From: Bilabrum cf. latius
Lineage: Eukaryota
Length of the DNA: 64,000 nt
Direction of reading: 5' to 3'
Assembly: GCA_965178125.1 (NCBI GenBank)
Contig: OZ237742.1
Span: 930,001-994,000 of the forward strand
In this document: positions 15,755 to 28,461 of the stretch, piece after piece
How the letters are laid out: each line of letters starts with the position of its first letter
Position numbering within the stretch: the first letter of the stretch is position 1
Made by a program: the position numbers and the translations under genes
The notes under the pieces: model-generated
The model's input: the letters and a program-made list of their open reading frames with translations, nothing else
Told to the model about the DNA's origin: nothing
The model's database searches: none

Positions 15755-18700
15755 TCACGTCTTCAAAATAAAATGAATAAGCAGAGTGGGTGGCGCCGTC
15801 CGAAGATCTGTGTTCTCAACGTTGTTGTGCGGGTATGTCGTGACATTTACCGCGTCATGCTGAGATAGACCCCAGGCCCATCCTTTCGGCACATCCCTTA
15901 CACGTCTTCGCACGGTCGGGGCAGCTGGCAGCATAGTTAGTACCCTCGGCCCGTCCGGACGAGCCTCATCACTTGTAGGAGCCCTGAGAATCAACGAGTC
16001 ACGCGTGACCGGCGTCACTTCGTAGTAGTTCGGTGGAGTAACACCCTGTTGGCCCGATTTTAAATAGCTAAGTGGCACCATCTGCAACTTGTGCTCGTGA
16101 TATGGCAGCTTGTAGTGATGAATCCTTCCAGGCAGCTATTGTCCCAGCCTGTCCATTGTGATGTTATCTATCATCCCGCCCCTATCCATCACGCCGCCTG
16201 GGTACCGACCCCGCAGGTCCGGGATCCGGAACGTACTCGAGGCAACGGCGGAGTCGCTCCTGTTGGTGTACGTGTCGCCGATGACCGACCATAGGGTGGG
16301 ATAGCCAGCCTTGGATAAGACCCTCCCATCGCAGGGCAGCCACCCTATCGGGATGTTGGCGGGGTCGCGAACATCGGCTGAGTGCATTACAATGGTGCCA
16401 GAAGGCACAGACGCTCCCGAAGAACCCCTCGATCCGCCCGATGACTCTACCTGTACGCTACCATCGTCACCCACAAGGCCAGTGCTGCCTCCAAAGGTCT
16501 CGGCGTTTACGGATGACTGCAGCACCGACAGGTACTCGGGGCTGACTGCTCTCCCAATGAACAACGCATCACCTCCAACCCCGTCCGCCTGCGTCACAAT
16601 TCGTCCGTCACTTGGACGGGCAAAGTAGTTCGCAGATGGCACCAGGGACCTGTACGGATGTCGCAACATGCCACCCACAGCGACGGATACAGACATACCC
16701 CCGCTCCGCATCAGAGCCAGGCCACTTGCAGCATCTTGCGGCAGTCTAGCGAACCGAGTGACTCCAACCGGGAGCGGTCCCTCCTGCAGCAGGCCAACTC
16801 GGGCAAGGGCAGACTAGTCCGACGAGCTGCGGTGAAGTATCAGCACAGAGTCTGCTGTGGATGTTGCGCCAGCTAGCCCAATTCCAACGGCGATCGTACT
16901 CTCGCGGGCGCTTCCCAGGGTGGACGCACGGCCCAGTGCGATCTGCAGCCGGTCGTCAGCAGTCGCCACAGCATCCCGGACGAGAGCAGATGCACTTCCA
17001 TCGCGATACACGATGGCGAACCGACCCTCCTTGGCGCACGACCTGCGGCCCTATCGAATCAAACCGTACCCAGGAAGCTCTGCACCACACGGTACCGTTC
17101 CCACAGACACACGCAGAGCCGACGGCACACTGGATCCCGAGTCCACCAGCACAGGTGGCCGGATTTTGACCTGGGGTACTGACTCATCCGAGACTGTGAC
17201 ACCCATCACCAGCAGCGCCTACCCCTGGTCAAAGTCGCGATATGCCATGATAATGCGCCCCCTTGAGAGGAGCCCCAGGTCCATGTGTTCGATTCTACCA
17301 CTACTAGCCAGGGGCCCACTGGCTTTTGACACTGGCTGGCTGCCCGCGCTGCTGTCCAGCATCAGCAGATGGTACCTTGTTTCTTTGGTTCCCTCCTTCT
17401 GGTATACTGCAAAAAAGGCACCCTCAAATGGTGCCACGACATCGAGGTACAGACCGGACTGCAGTGGCTCGATGATGGTCGGATTGGATGGGGACCTCAC
17501 AGAGGCACTCTCTGGTTGGATAGAAGCCGTCAGTGCCACCACGACCCCTTCAGTTCCATCCAACAGGGACACCACGAGCAGCACGCGGTGATCCGATCCG
17601 GACGCAGCCGCAGGACCCGAGGTGGACGGCTGCGAAGCGACAACGGCAGCGACTGCCCCACTCCTGATTCCTTCAGTCCCAAGCCAGCTGGCATCCAGCT
17701 CCTCCCAAGACGCAGAGACGGTGGCAGTCAGCGACGGCTCCGACCCTGACGCTGTAATGATGGTCATGATGACGTCACCCGCTGTTGATTCACCCTCGCT
17801 TGCATCCCATGGAGTCCCAACGTAAAGACAAACGGCAGCATTTACTGCCAGAGGGGTGCAAGAGGTTGGGGCTGCCTGGGCAGCGCTGGGCGCACCAGGC
17901 GGTGTGAGACTAGCACTGCTCAATGGAAGCACACCGCTCCAGGTAGACGAGTTCACTCTTCTAGCGTGAGCCCTTAGCAGCGTTACATTGACGATTGAGG
18001 TCAGGGAATCAATCTCCAGGGCCACGACGCCATTCCCGGCCCACAGAGGAGCCAACGACACTCTATCCAGGGCTGCATTTATCAGCGCGTTGGAAGAGTC
18101 CTGGATGTCAACTCCGAAACCAGGAGACACATATCCATCGAGGCCGGCACTGACTGCCACCATAGGACCCAGAGCGGCGGGAGTACCGGTTGATGAGGCC
18201 GGGTTGGGGCGAAGCGGAACGGTGAGGTGCAGGCCTGCAGACGAACCTATCACTTCCAAGTCGCCATCCACACGAAGTGATCCCGCCAACCCGAGCGACG
18301 ACCCTTGAAAAGGGTTGGTAGGCGTATCTAGCCCTGAATTTGCAATATACATGCTCCCATCTGCCTGGGATAGGTTCAGCGACGGCTCCAACCGCACTAG
18401 ATCGACAGCATCGCTTGGGCTATTCCCCAGTTGCGCAGAATTTCCGTCGGCAGTGCCTCCCAAACGAAAGAAAACAGATGATTCAACGTGCAGACCGAGC
18501 TCAAACTCGCCCAGGGCGCCCTTTTGGTCGTATAGCAGGGTGGGTGGAACTGTTTGGTCGATGACATCAAGACGCCGTGCCCCAGTCTCGGCGCCCAGTG
18601 AGCCAAATACGGACCCCTCTGGTGATATTTCATCAGATAGGCATGACTGTTTGAGCCTGGCCAGCAGTGATGTCACTGATGCAACCGTCGCCTCCAGGGC

Positions 18701-18826
18701 TCGCACGCGTTCGCGAAGCTGCACGACGTCGGAAGATTCCCCTTTGACTCTGGCAGAGCAGCAAATGCATGCTAAAAGTACAAGTGCATAAGTTTGGAAG
18801 CATACCTTTACCGAATCCCTAGTCAT
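15755..18826 (-). CDS. Secreted ~1020-aa protein with N-terminal coiled coil and C-terminal phage tail-collar domain
   Basis: Four listed ORFs share one frame and are joined by TAGs at 17219, 17051, 16814 and 16136. Collar motif VPSGTIVM...PIGWLPCDGRVLSKAGYPTLWSVIGDTY...FRIPDLRGR, terminal PPTLLIHFILKT; ends TGA. Confidence 0.8.
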
Positions 18827-18892
18827 TGCTAACAAGATTGCTGTGGAAACTGTGGATCAATTGGCCGGAATGGAGTCCGCTGCCACTGGCAG

Positions 18893-18908
18893 CTAACCCT
18901 AACCCTAA
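18893..18908 (+). repeat. Short interstitial telomere-like motif CTAACCCTAACCCTAA
   Basis: About 2.7 copies of the TTAGGG complement, ~70 bp upstream of the collar-gene ATG. Confidence 0.6.
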
Positions 18909-19460
18909 GGATTGACTGGGTGCAAACCCTGCGAACGCACACGAACTCTCGAGACCCACTCCTCCGTTGCAATAGTTCAAACCACAGAGCCAGATCCCGT
19001 CGACTGACTTTCCCTGATGGGTGTCATCAATCCCCTCTAGCGCCCACTAGCGCCACCGTGTCTGCTAGACGGGCCGGGCCCGTAAGGAGCGCCCGCTTTG
19101 CGTCCGCTTCCGCCCTTCTCGACCTGCACGACCCGCGAATTCATAGTGTTACTATTTACACACATGCTATTGCCCTAGAATATCCTGCAACTGGGCGTGC
19201 CTGTTTTTCGGAAGACCACGAGGGGCGCACATAGGTCTCTCAGGTCGAACCCGCAGAGGCCCTGGTCGTGGTCCTCCTACGTCTTCCTTTACAGCTTGTC
19301 AAGCCCCAATAGGAGCTTGATAGACTACTACTAGATCAATTTTCATGGGTCTAGTCAAGAAATACGCATTGGCCGGCGAGAACTAGTCGAGAACACGCGT
19401 TCAGCATGCCTGGGGCAACCAGTTCTTGCCGGATCGGTGCAAGCTTATCATCCCACCGTA

Positions 19461-22184
19461 TCACCCCATGGCCTCCTGAAGCAAGCTCACACACTCCAAA
19501 TGACCACCGAGACGTGCTGCCTCCAATGGACCCACCCTCCGACGCTGCACTACCCCATCCACACAAGACTCAACATCGCCTTGAATCGCAAGTCCCCCTG
19601 CCCTTGCACCTCGCAGCAGTCGCTTGGCCAGCTCGAGCGGCCTCCCGTCCTTGGCGCTGATGAACACGAGCTAGGCGTCCTGATGGGATCCATGGCAGTG
19701 CCTCCACTCGGCGAGGTGCACTGTGCGCAGGTGAATGGCAGTTGTGCACACCTGCTTCCATGTCTCTTGCAGCCGTGTGGAACCTTCAAGTCCACTGATT
19801 GCATCAGATTCGGGGAGGTGGGCGCCGGGCGTTGCAGCGGAGTCGTCCTGTGCGCGGCTATGCAATACTTCTCGAGAATTGCCTCCGCGATGATCGCGAC
19901 CCGTACAGAGCAAGTTCATGGCTGCGCCCATGCGCTGGGGACCGGCTGCCCTTTGCATGCACAGCCAAAGCCTTTTCCGTGCACTTGCACTCCATCCTTC
20001 GCTCCATGGTCCAGCTGCTCCGCGATACGATGTCTTTGCCAGGCTGCGATTGATCGTCTCCAGCAATTTCCACGATTCCCCGCGCACGTGCAGCCACGGA
20101 GCCAAGGCCCCGCTTGTTGAGGCCGGGTCTCCGGGCTTTGCCGTATCTGCATGGCCTACTTTCACGCGGTGCGCCTCGTTTGCGTGTCTAGTGATGGAAT
20201 CTGCACACTGCACCAAGCACGCGCTCGCATACTCTGCGATTGGCTCGATATCAGAGTTGCTCAGAGGCCCCTGGTGGAGGCACTGCAGCATGCGGCAAGC
20301 CCGATCCACGCGATGAGGCACCACGCCCCCGGACACCGGCAGGTCCATCCACTGCCATGCTGCCTAGGCAATATTTGTGTTATGATCACCATCAAACACC
20401 TGGTGATAGTTTACTGTCAGCGAGGCCGTTGCTTGCAGGTGCCGGACCTTGGGCACGGCAGACCGCACGTCCTCTTGGCGGGCAAAATCGTGGTCCGATT
20501 CGGGGTCTGGGGAGAGTTCCAGGTCCACTAACACGCTTTGTAGCATCGAATTGGAAGCTAGGAGGTTGTACAAGGCGCCCGACAGACGAGGATCGCACCC
20601 CACCTATCCTTCGACACTGACATTGCCCATGGTGAGTGTTCCAAGCGTACTTGCTAGCGGTCTCGGGCGAGTCACTGCTTCGACCAGCTCGACTGCAGCC
20701 ATGGGCTCGCCTGGCGCAGCCTGTATGTCCCCGACGTACAAGCGCTCAAGGATCCCTCCGTGCTTGATTTCGGCTGAAAAGGCGCTGACGCACGCGTTGC
20801 TTAGTGTCGAGCCGCCCAGGTCAAACGTCGTGATTGTGAATGAACCTACCACCATCCTCCCAAGCGCAGTCCCAGCAGCCTACTGGGCCTTCATATCCTT
20901 GCCGTTGCTCTCAAAATGGGAAAATCGCGTGCAGAAAGCGCCGAGGCTAGGGTGCTGCAACAGGCTGTCAGCAACCATCGCCAGGCCGCGGTAGGAGAAC
21001 CTTGCTTTGTCCAGTGACAGATACGTCAAGCTGGTGTTGTGCCTGAGACCCATGGAGAGCACGGCAGCATCGCTGTCGTGCAAGTCATTATTGCCTAGCT
21101 ACAGGTTGTTCAGCTGGCACCACGGCTACCGCAGCGCATGCGCGATAGGGAAGAGCATGTGGTCTTCCGCTCGTGTCCCGGCAGTTGGATCGCCTGGCGG
21201 CATGCCATCCCCTGTGGACCCAATCTAGCAATCCATGAGATAAAGACTGAGTAGGCCTTTGCAGCTCTAAAACAGAGGCGCAAGGGCCCTGAGACCACGG
21301 CCCCCGTCCGCTCCTAAGCAGGTCCTGTTCAGAGTCAGGTTCGACAGCGGCCTATAAGCAGGGGACTAAGGCTCGTCCACTGCGCTGCTAGCGGGAAGAC
21401 ACGCGGTTGACTGCAACGCAGCACTGCTCTTGCTTGCCGCGGCGAAACCTCCAGAGACGGCTTCGGCAGAGCCGGTGGCAACTACCCCGGAGAATTCTGC
21501 GGCCAGCGATTTGGCTGCTCGCTCGCTGATGCGAATCCCGGACAAATCGAGCATCTGGATGGAGGGACAGGCCCTATAAACCTTTGCAAGCTCGCATAGT
21601 CCTTCTCCGTCATCATCACCCAAGGCGGTGTTGCCTTGCAGGCTCAATGATTGGATCCGCGCACCCTTTTTCGTGGCCACCAGCTGGCCGATGCTGGACA
21701 CCTGGCCGCGGTGCAATTGGCTGTCAGGGAATTCAAGCTATGCTAGTGAGTCGCACTTACAGATACTCTCGGTTAAGGATGAAAATAGCGTCGGATCACT
21801 AAAATCGCCGGCCATTTGCAGGTATTCAAGGTCGGTGCATCGACTGAGAGCACCTATGAGTCTTTGCCAGGACGTCCGATCTGAAGAGACTCTGACTTTG
21901 TCGCACCCCAGCATCCTCAGTGCGCCATAGCCGGCTCTCTCTATGGCAGCAGCGAGTCGATTGACCTCTGCGTCTCGAAACTATTCGGGAAACATGAATA
22001 CGTACCCGTTATTCTCGTCTTCGAGTGATTTGCATTCTGCTTCGACCGTTGCATCGACTTCGCCTGCCTGTACAAAGTGAATATACAAGGTGAGACACAC
22101 AGATCCCAATCGCACAGATTCTCGGTCAAGGCGTGGCATCGACGAAATTGACGCAGTTGAAGGGAACTTTCCCAATCTCACCAT
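19461..22184 (-). CDS. Ribonuclease-inhibitor-like leucine-rich-repeat protein (~907 aa)
   Basis: Single frame with 11 TAGs (21981, 21738, 21366, 21267, 21225, 21126, 21099, 20880, 20604, 20364, 19671). LRRs include IQSLSLQGN, IQMLDLSGI and LNNL*LGNNDL...NTSLTYLSL; ends TGA. Confidence 0.8.
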
Positions 22185-22348
22185 TCAACTTTGGCGCTTC
22201 GTCTGTCGAAAACGTTTGACTCAATCGAAATAATAGTCGAAGTTCTCCAAGTTGCGGGAGTATTGACGATTGTCAATACTCTAGTAGAGCAAGAAAAGTG
22301 GTTCCGGTCCTGCGTTCCAGTGGCTGGTTCGGCATTCACGCAAGCATC

Positions 22349-24530
22349 ATGAAGCTTGCAGGAGCTGCGCTAGTTGCATCACTGGGAGTTGTATCTACTA
22401 GTGGAAGTGGTGAGCTATTCATGTCGACGAAAGCTTCCAGGGATCCAAAAATTTTGATTCAGTTGCACTTGGTCCATCTGATCCAATTCGCAGTGCTTGG
22501 CGTCGAGTTTGGCGGGGATCTCGTGACAGTTGACCAGTTCAAGCACTCTCGTCATCCGACAAATTCCTCCGGAGGTGACACGCCACTGGATGCCGATGGG
22601 TGGCCAACAGAGGACTTCAAAGTCGTAGTCTTCGATCTTCGTCCAGCGTTCGCGTGGGCCCCACCAGAAGATGACCCTCTCCACCGCGGTCCTTACCTCG
22701 CCGGTACGTGGTAGCTTGGATTCAACGGGATTGCCAAGGTGGAGGATCTGGACGGAAGCTTCCACGTGGATGCCAGATCGCTCACCTACGATCCAGAGGA
22801 AAACTGGTCCGCCGTGAACCTGACTCTTCCGGAGGCTGGCTACAAGGCAGAAAAGAATTTGCTGGTTCTTAACTTCACGCAAACCCAGCGGTCTAGCCAG
22901 TCCTCGCTGGGAACAGGCGTGACGAACATCACGCTGGTCTTGCCGAACCACACGTTCGCAGACGCCGGCATCGGCGGGGCATTCTTCTCGCACAACCTGG
23001 TCAACGCGGTGCAAGAGATCCCAAATCTCAATCATGCTCGCTTTATGGGCGCCCTCGGCATCAACTACAAAGCAGGTTACTACGGCGTCCCCGGCCACGG
23101 GCTAATCAGCTGGGACTAGAGGTCGCTTCCCACAGACCCCTCCTGGTCCTATAGCATCCGCAAGAACCCCATGGAGTCGAGCATCCCCTGGGAGTACGTC
23201 ATCAAGTACGCGAACACGTTCAAGCAGGACGCGTGGATCAACGTGCCCGTCTCTGCAACGTCCGGCTGCATGCCCGTGCCCCAAGGTGACGAGTGCTGGA
23301 AATCATCCGGAGCCGATGCTTCCTACACGGGCCAGCTGGCACAGCTGCTAAAGGAGGGACTGAACGAGGGGACAAGCCTTTACATCGAGCACTCCAACGA
23401 GGTATGGAACTTCGGGTTCTCCCAGTACACGTACAACAAGCTCAACGCGCTGGACGTGTGCAAGTAGAGCGACAACAAGGACCCCATGTGCAGCGTGCCC
23501 TGCCCCTCGGGAAATGACCCCAACAGCACCCTGCCGTGCGACAACCAGGAGATCCTCGCCCGGCGCAGGCACCTGCAGCGCGTGTACGAGATCGTCATGG
23601 AGTTTGCTGAGGTCTTCGGCGAGAACGAGATTAACAACCGGATCAGGGGCATCTACGCCGAGTGGAGCATCTTCCCGCAGCACTACAACGACACGCTCAC
23701 CTGGTTTGAGACAGCTTATGGCAAGGGGACTGCATCAAAGTACCTGTGGGGCGTGGCGGCAACGTGAGTCTTGCCTTGACTTGCTGCCCTCTGCTCGACT
23801 CTTTGCATCTTCTACCCTCCTGCTGCCCTCTGCTCGACTCCTTTCATGTCATGCACAGTCTACTCTAGACTGCCTTCAACAGTTTATACCCTCGCGCATT
23901 TTGTGCTTTATTTGTTGATTCGTTCGGTCTGCCTGCAGGTCGTACTTCAACTTCAACGTGACCGCTGCGGGACCCGACACGCTCCCCTCCGACGCGACCG
24001 TCAAGCAAGTGGTTGATGGCTACCTCAACCAGTCTTCATCCGTGCCATCGGACCAGCAGCAGATTGCTCAGATCGCAAGGTCGTTTGGGCTCAAGATGAC
24101 TGCCTAGTGAGTTATGCGTGTGTCTCGTGTCATCCTGGTAAAGAGGTGCTGCTCCCAGTCCAATGCCCCTCTTTCCTTCCGAGTCTCCGGCATAGAAGAG
24201 TTGGTTCGCTCTGTTTACATGCGCGCTGTTTTCCTGCTCATCCCACCTCGATGCGATTCCTATCGCTTGTCACACCGCAGCGAGGGCGGGCCCGGCGCCA
24301 AGGTCGGTGACAAGGTGGACCTGGCCAACCGCATCAACGCCCACAGGGACCCAGAGATGGAAACCGTCATGGAGACGTACTGGAAGGAATACACGCAGGT
24401 GTATGACGTCCTCCACCAGTTCACGCTGTGCGGAGAGTACTCCAGGTACGGCCAGTGGGGTGCGGCGGATTTCCTGCACGACCGCCAGGAATAGCCAAAG
24501 TGGATCGGGCTAACCAAGATGGGAGCTTGA
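22349..24530 (+). CDS. Secreted bacterial-type putative glycoside hydrolase (NEVWN / AYEGG family, clan GH-A-like)
   Basis: Signal peptide; introns 22410-22493, 23764-23938 and 24107-24280. Motifs LDADGWP, PWEYVIKYAN, DAWINVP, YIEHSNEVWNFGFSQ and spliced MTAYEGGP. TAGs at 22712, 23117, 23465 and 24492; ends TGA. Confidence 0.75.
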
Positions 24531-24716
24531 CAAGATCTCTACTTGGACGCATGCAAGCATTATTTCATTCAAACTTCGTAGTGTCTGCTGCAGTCGCACA
24601 TCCGAGCTGCTGTCAAACTTTGGTCGCATGTTGCGGAACATGTTGCGGAACCGTGACTGCGCGGCGCCGCTCGCAAAAGCGTGTGGTCGTGGCGGCAAGC
24701 ATTCTCGTTTAGAAGC

Positions 24717-27700
24717 ATGAGAGGCGCTCTATCTGGCCTGCTGGCTGCAGCCGCTGTGCTAGCATCGTATGCGAAGGAATTCAAGTTCCGTGCCCCAGCT
24801 CGTGGGGAGAAGTACAATACCACGCGCACTTGGGATGCCGATGCCCCGATCACCGTCCACATCATGCCTCAGTGAGCGCTCGGATCGTTGCGCAAGTTCT
24901 TGCTTATCACGCTCAAATAATTATTGTACAGTTTGCCACCACACGTATCTACTTGCCTAATCATCCTGCCCGCAGTACGCATGACGACGTTGGTTGTGAG
25001 CAACTATATCTGCACCCCGCTGGATTAGGCTTGACCTGTGCTTGTGTTCTGCGCGTTTTTTTAAAAAAATATTATAGTTGCTTCGTTCCTGCTTTTGTGA
25101 TTTGCGGCTGCGCGCGGTCCCCACTTCGGCCCACTCAATCATCAGTTGCACTTGCACGGATCTTGCACACGCAGGGCTCAAGACTGTCGACCAGTACGCG
25201 ACCGGGGCCAACATGAGCATTCAGTTCGCATGGGTGAACACCCTGATCACAACCATGACCGAGCAGCTCGCTGTGAACCCCGACAGGACGGCCATTTACG
25301 TCGAGCAGGCCTTCTATCAGCGCTGGTGGAACCAAGCAACCGACGTGCAGCGCAACCAGTGGCGCGATTTCATCGCCAACGGGCAGGCAGAGTTCGTCGG
25401 TGGCGGCTGGTGCATGCCCGATGAGGCTAACGAGCACGTGTGGGCGGGCGTGGACCAGTTCACCCTGGGCAGCGCTCTGCTCATGGGCCAGTTCGGGCCT
25501 GACGCCATGCCGACGACCCTGGCCCAATGGGACCCCTTCGGGCACACGGCGGGGTACTCGTACCTGATGGGCAGCGAGGCTGGCATGGACGGCATGTACT
25601 ACGGCAGGCAAGACTATCAGGAGCGCGAGATGCGCAAGAACGAGTCCAGCCTCGAGTACGTCTGGCGGCCCTCGGACAGCCTCGGCGAGGAGGTGCAGCT
25701 CTTCGCACACACGGATTTCGGAGGCAATTACCAGCCCTTCCCCGGACTAAACTTTGACATCAATCAGCAGGACGGCCAGATCCAGGACAGCAACGACCCG
25801 ACCATGCAGCTGCCCAACAACGTGCAGTACTACGTCGACCTGTTCGTGCAGGAGGCGCTCAAGGAGGCCAACTCGTCCAGGACGGGGCAGATCCTCTTCA
25901 CCGGTGAGTTGAATTTGAATCGCATTCATGTCCCATGCGGCGGCATAGCTGGAATGCTGTGTTTGCGCTTGCTTTGGGCGCGTTCTGTTGTCCTAGTTGC
26001 ACCGTGGCTGGCCCCCACCGTACGACCCACCGCTCTCTCGTCGCTCTTGTCTGTTTGCTTAACACCCTTCGCAGCTGGCAGCGACTTTCAGTACACGGAC
26101 GCCATCAGCTGGTACCGCAACCTTGATCGCCTGATCCACTACGTCAACCAGCAGACTGAGAAGACGGGAGTGCGCGCGCAGTACAACACCCTCAGGGGCT
26201 ACACCAAGGCCTCCAACGCGGCGGCGCTCAAGCGCGGCGTCAAGTTCAGCGTGGACACGTACGACCTCATGAACTACAGGGACAGCGAGCACGCCGTGTG
26301 GAGCGGTTACTTCGTTTCGAGGCCCTCCCACAAGGGTTACATCAGGGACGGCCAGAGGATGCTGCGGGCGGCTTCCATCTTGAACGCTGTGTCAGAGGGA
26401 GGCAAGGGATTCATGGACTTCCAGTTCGCGAGGCAGGCGCAGGGCGTGGTGCAGCACCACGACAGCGTAACGGGAACCGCCAAGCAGCACGTAACTTTCG
26501 ACTACTTCAAGCGCATCAGCACCGGCATGTCGCAGACCGGGAAGGCCGTGAGCTCCGGGCTGGCCCAGGCCCTGAACGACCCCGCACTGGAGAACAAGCT
26601 CACCTAGTGCTTCCGCGCCAACGAGAGCGTGTGCGCCGTGACCCAGGCCTCTTCGACTGGGTTCGATGTGGCCGTGTACAGCTGGCTGGGCCGCAGCACC
26701 AGCTCCGTGGTCCGCCTCCCCATCGAGGGCACCCAGGCGACCGTCACCCAGATCGGCGGGTCGTCCGTGCCGTCTCAGGTCGAGGCTAACATGGCGGTTC
26801 CCTTCGTCACCGACGGTGCCTCCCACAGCGTCGTCTTCGTGGCAACCACACCCGGCGTGGGGATCAGCACCTACCGCGTGACCACGTCCTCCTCCTCGTC
26901 TGCCGATTTCGAGAGCAAGCTAGCGGCAAAGAGCAAGGCCAGCAAGCTCCGGGGCGCTGCATCGGTCGGTGCGGCTAGCTCCATCACCAACGGCATGATC
27001 ACCGTGCACTTCGATGCGGGCTCTGGCCGCATCTCTGGCATCTCCAACGACAAGCAGGGTGTTAACATCTCCGCTGCTCAGGACTACGTGTGGTACAACA
27101 GCAGCGCCGGCAACGGCGGTGGCCAACCGTGGGGTAACGGCGGCTCCCAGCCCAGCGGCGCGTACATTTTCCGTCCCAACGGCTCTGAGCCCTTCGCCGT
27201 CGGCAGCGTGCCCGTGGACGGCCTCAAGGGTGACCTGCGCGACACGTTGCTCCCCGCGGACGACCTGGAGCGCATGGGCCAGCTGCCTCCCGTGGAGCTC
27301 AGCATCGAGGGTTCGGGCGAGCTAGGGGCCCAGGACCTTGTGGTCAGCGCGACGCAAAAATTCTCCGACTGGCTGACTCAGACTGTGCGCCTGTACGCCG
27401 GCTTCGACTACGTGGAGCTGGAGACCACCGTGGGACCCATCCCATTCGAAGACGGGCTCGGCAAGGAGATCGTCAGCCGCTGGAAGACCGACGTGACCAA
27501 TGGCGACGACTGCGTGCTCAAGGCAGACTCCAACGGCCGCGACTTCATGACCAGGAGGCTCAACTACAGGCCCACGTACAAGCTCAACATCACCGAGCCC
27601 GTGGCTGAGAACTACTACCCGCTCACCGCGGCAGCCTACATCCAGGACGGCGGCAACGGGCGCGTGTTCGGGATCCTCAGCGACAGGGCGCAGTCTGTGG

Positions 27701-28461
27701 CTTCCCTCGAGCAGGGCGAGATAGAGACCATGGTGCACCGCCGCGTGCTGCAGGACGACAGGCGCGGCGTGGGCGAGCCGCTCAACGAGACCTCCGGCGT
27801 GCAGTACCACCCCAGCTTCAAGCGCCTGGGCCACGGCCTGGTGATCCGCTACGTGCAGCGCATCACCGTGGGCAAGGGCGCCGAGGGGGTGCGGTCCATC
27901 CGGTCGGGGATGGACGACATGTTCGCGAAGCCCGTCGTGTCTGTGGCTGCGCCCGGCTCCATCCAGGGCAAGGGCGGCTCCGTACTCAAGGAGAACCTGT
28001 CTCTCCCCGAGAACGTCTTCATCGCCAACTGCGACTACTTCAACGACTCGTCGCCTCTGCTGGGAGACCAGTACCACGAGCAGACTGGCTGGCCCCTGCG
28101 AGCGTCGAGCGGCAACGGGGACGGCGTGTGGCTCGTGCGGCTGGCGCACCAGTACGGCAAGGGCGAGCACCCGACCCTGTCCCAAAACGTGACGATCGAC
28201 CTCGTGGCTGACCTGCTCGGCGACGGAGCGGGCCGCGGGGTGGTGCAGGTCGAGGAGACCACCATGTTCGCGCACCGCCGCATGCAGGACGTCAACCGGC
28301 TGCAGTGGCCCACCGAGGACGGATCCGTGAACCCACCGCGTACCGTGGCGGACCCAATCTCGTACAAGGCTCCGGCTGGCGGCAAGGCCAGCCCTGGGGA
28401 CGTTAAGATCACCCTCTGGCCAATGAAGATCCGGACATTCCTCGTCCGGGTGCAGGCGTGA
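24717..28461 (+). CDS. Lysosomal-type alpha-mannosidase (GH38, MAN2B1-like)
   Basis: Introns 24872-24975, 24996-25174 and 25904-26074 give HTHDDVGWLKTVDQY and FTAGSDFQY. Also DPFGH, WSGYFVSRP, QHHDSVTGT, SGAYIFRP and HRRVLQDDRRGVGEPLNE. TAG at 26605; ends TGA then TAA. Confidence 0.95.

Noticed and set aside
19230-19260. GGTTCGA T-loop-like motif on the minus strand suggesting a (suppressor) tRNA
   Set aside because: No cloverleaf, D-arm or CTA anticodon arm could be formed.
23782-23840. 20-bp direct repeat TGCTGCCCTCTGCTCGACTC
   Set aside because: Two copies inside an intron; a local duplication, not CRISPR or a mobile element.
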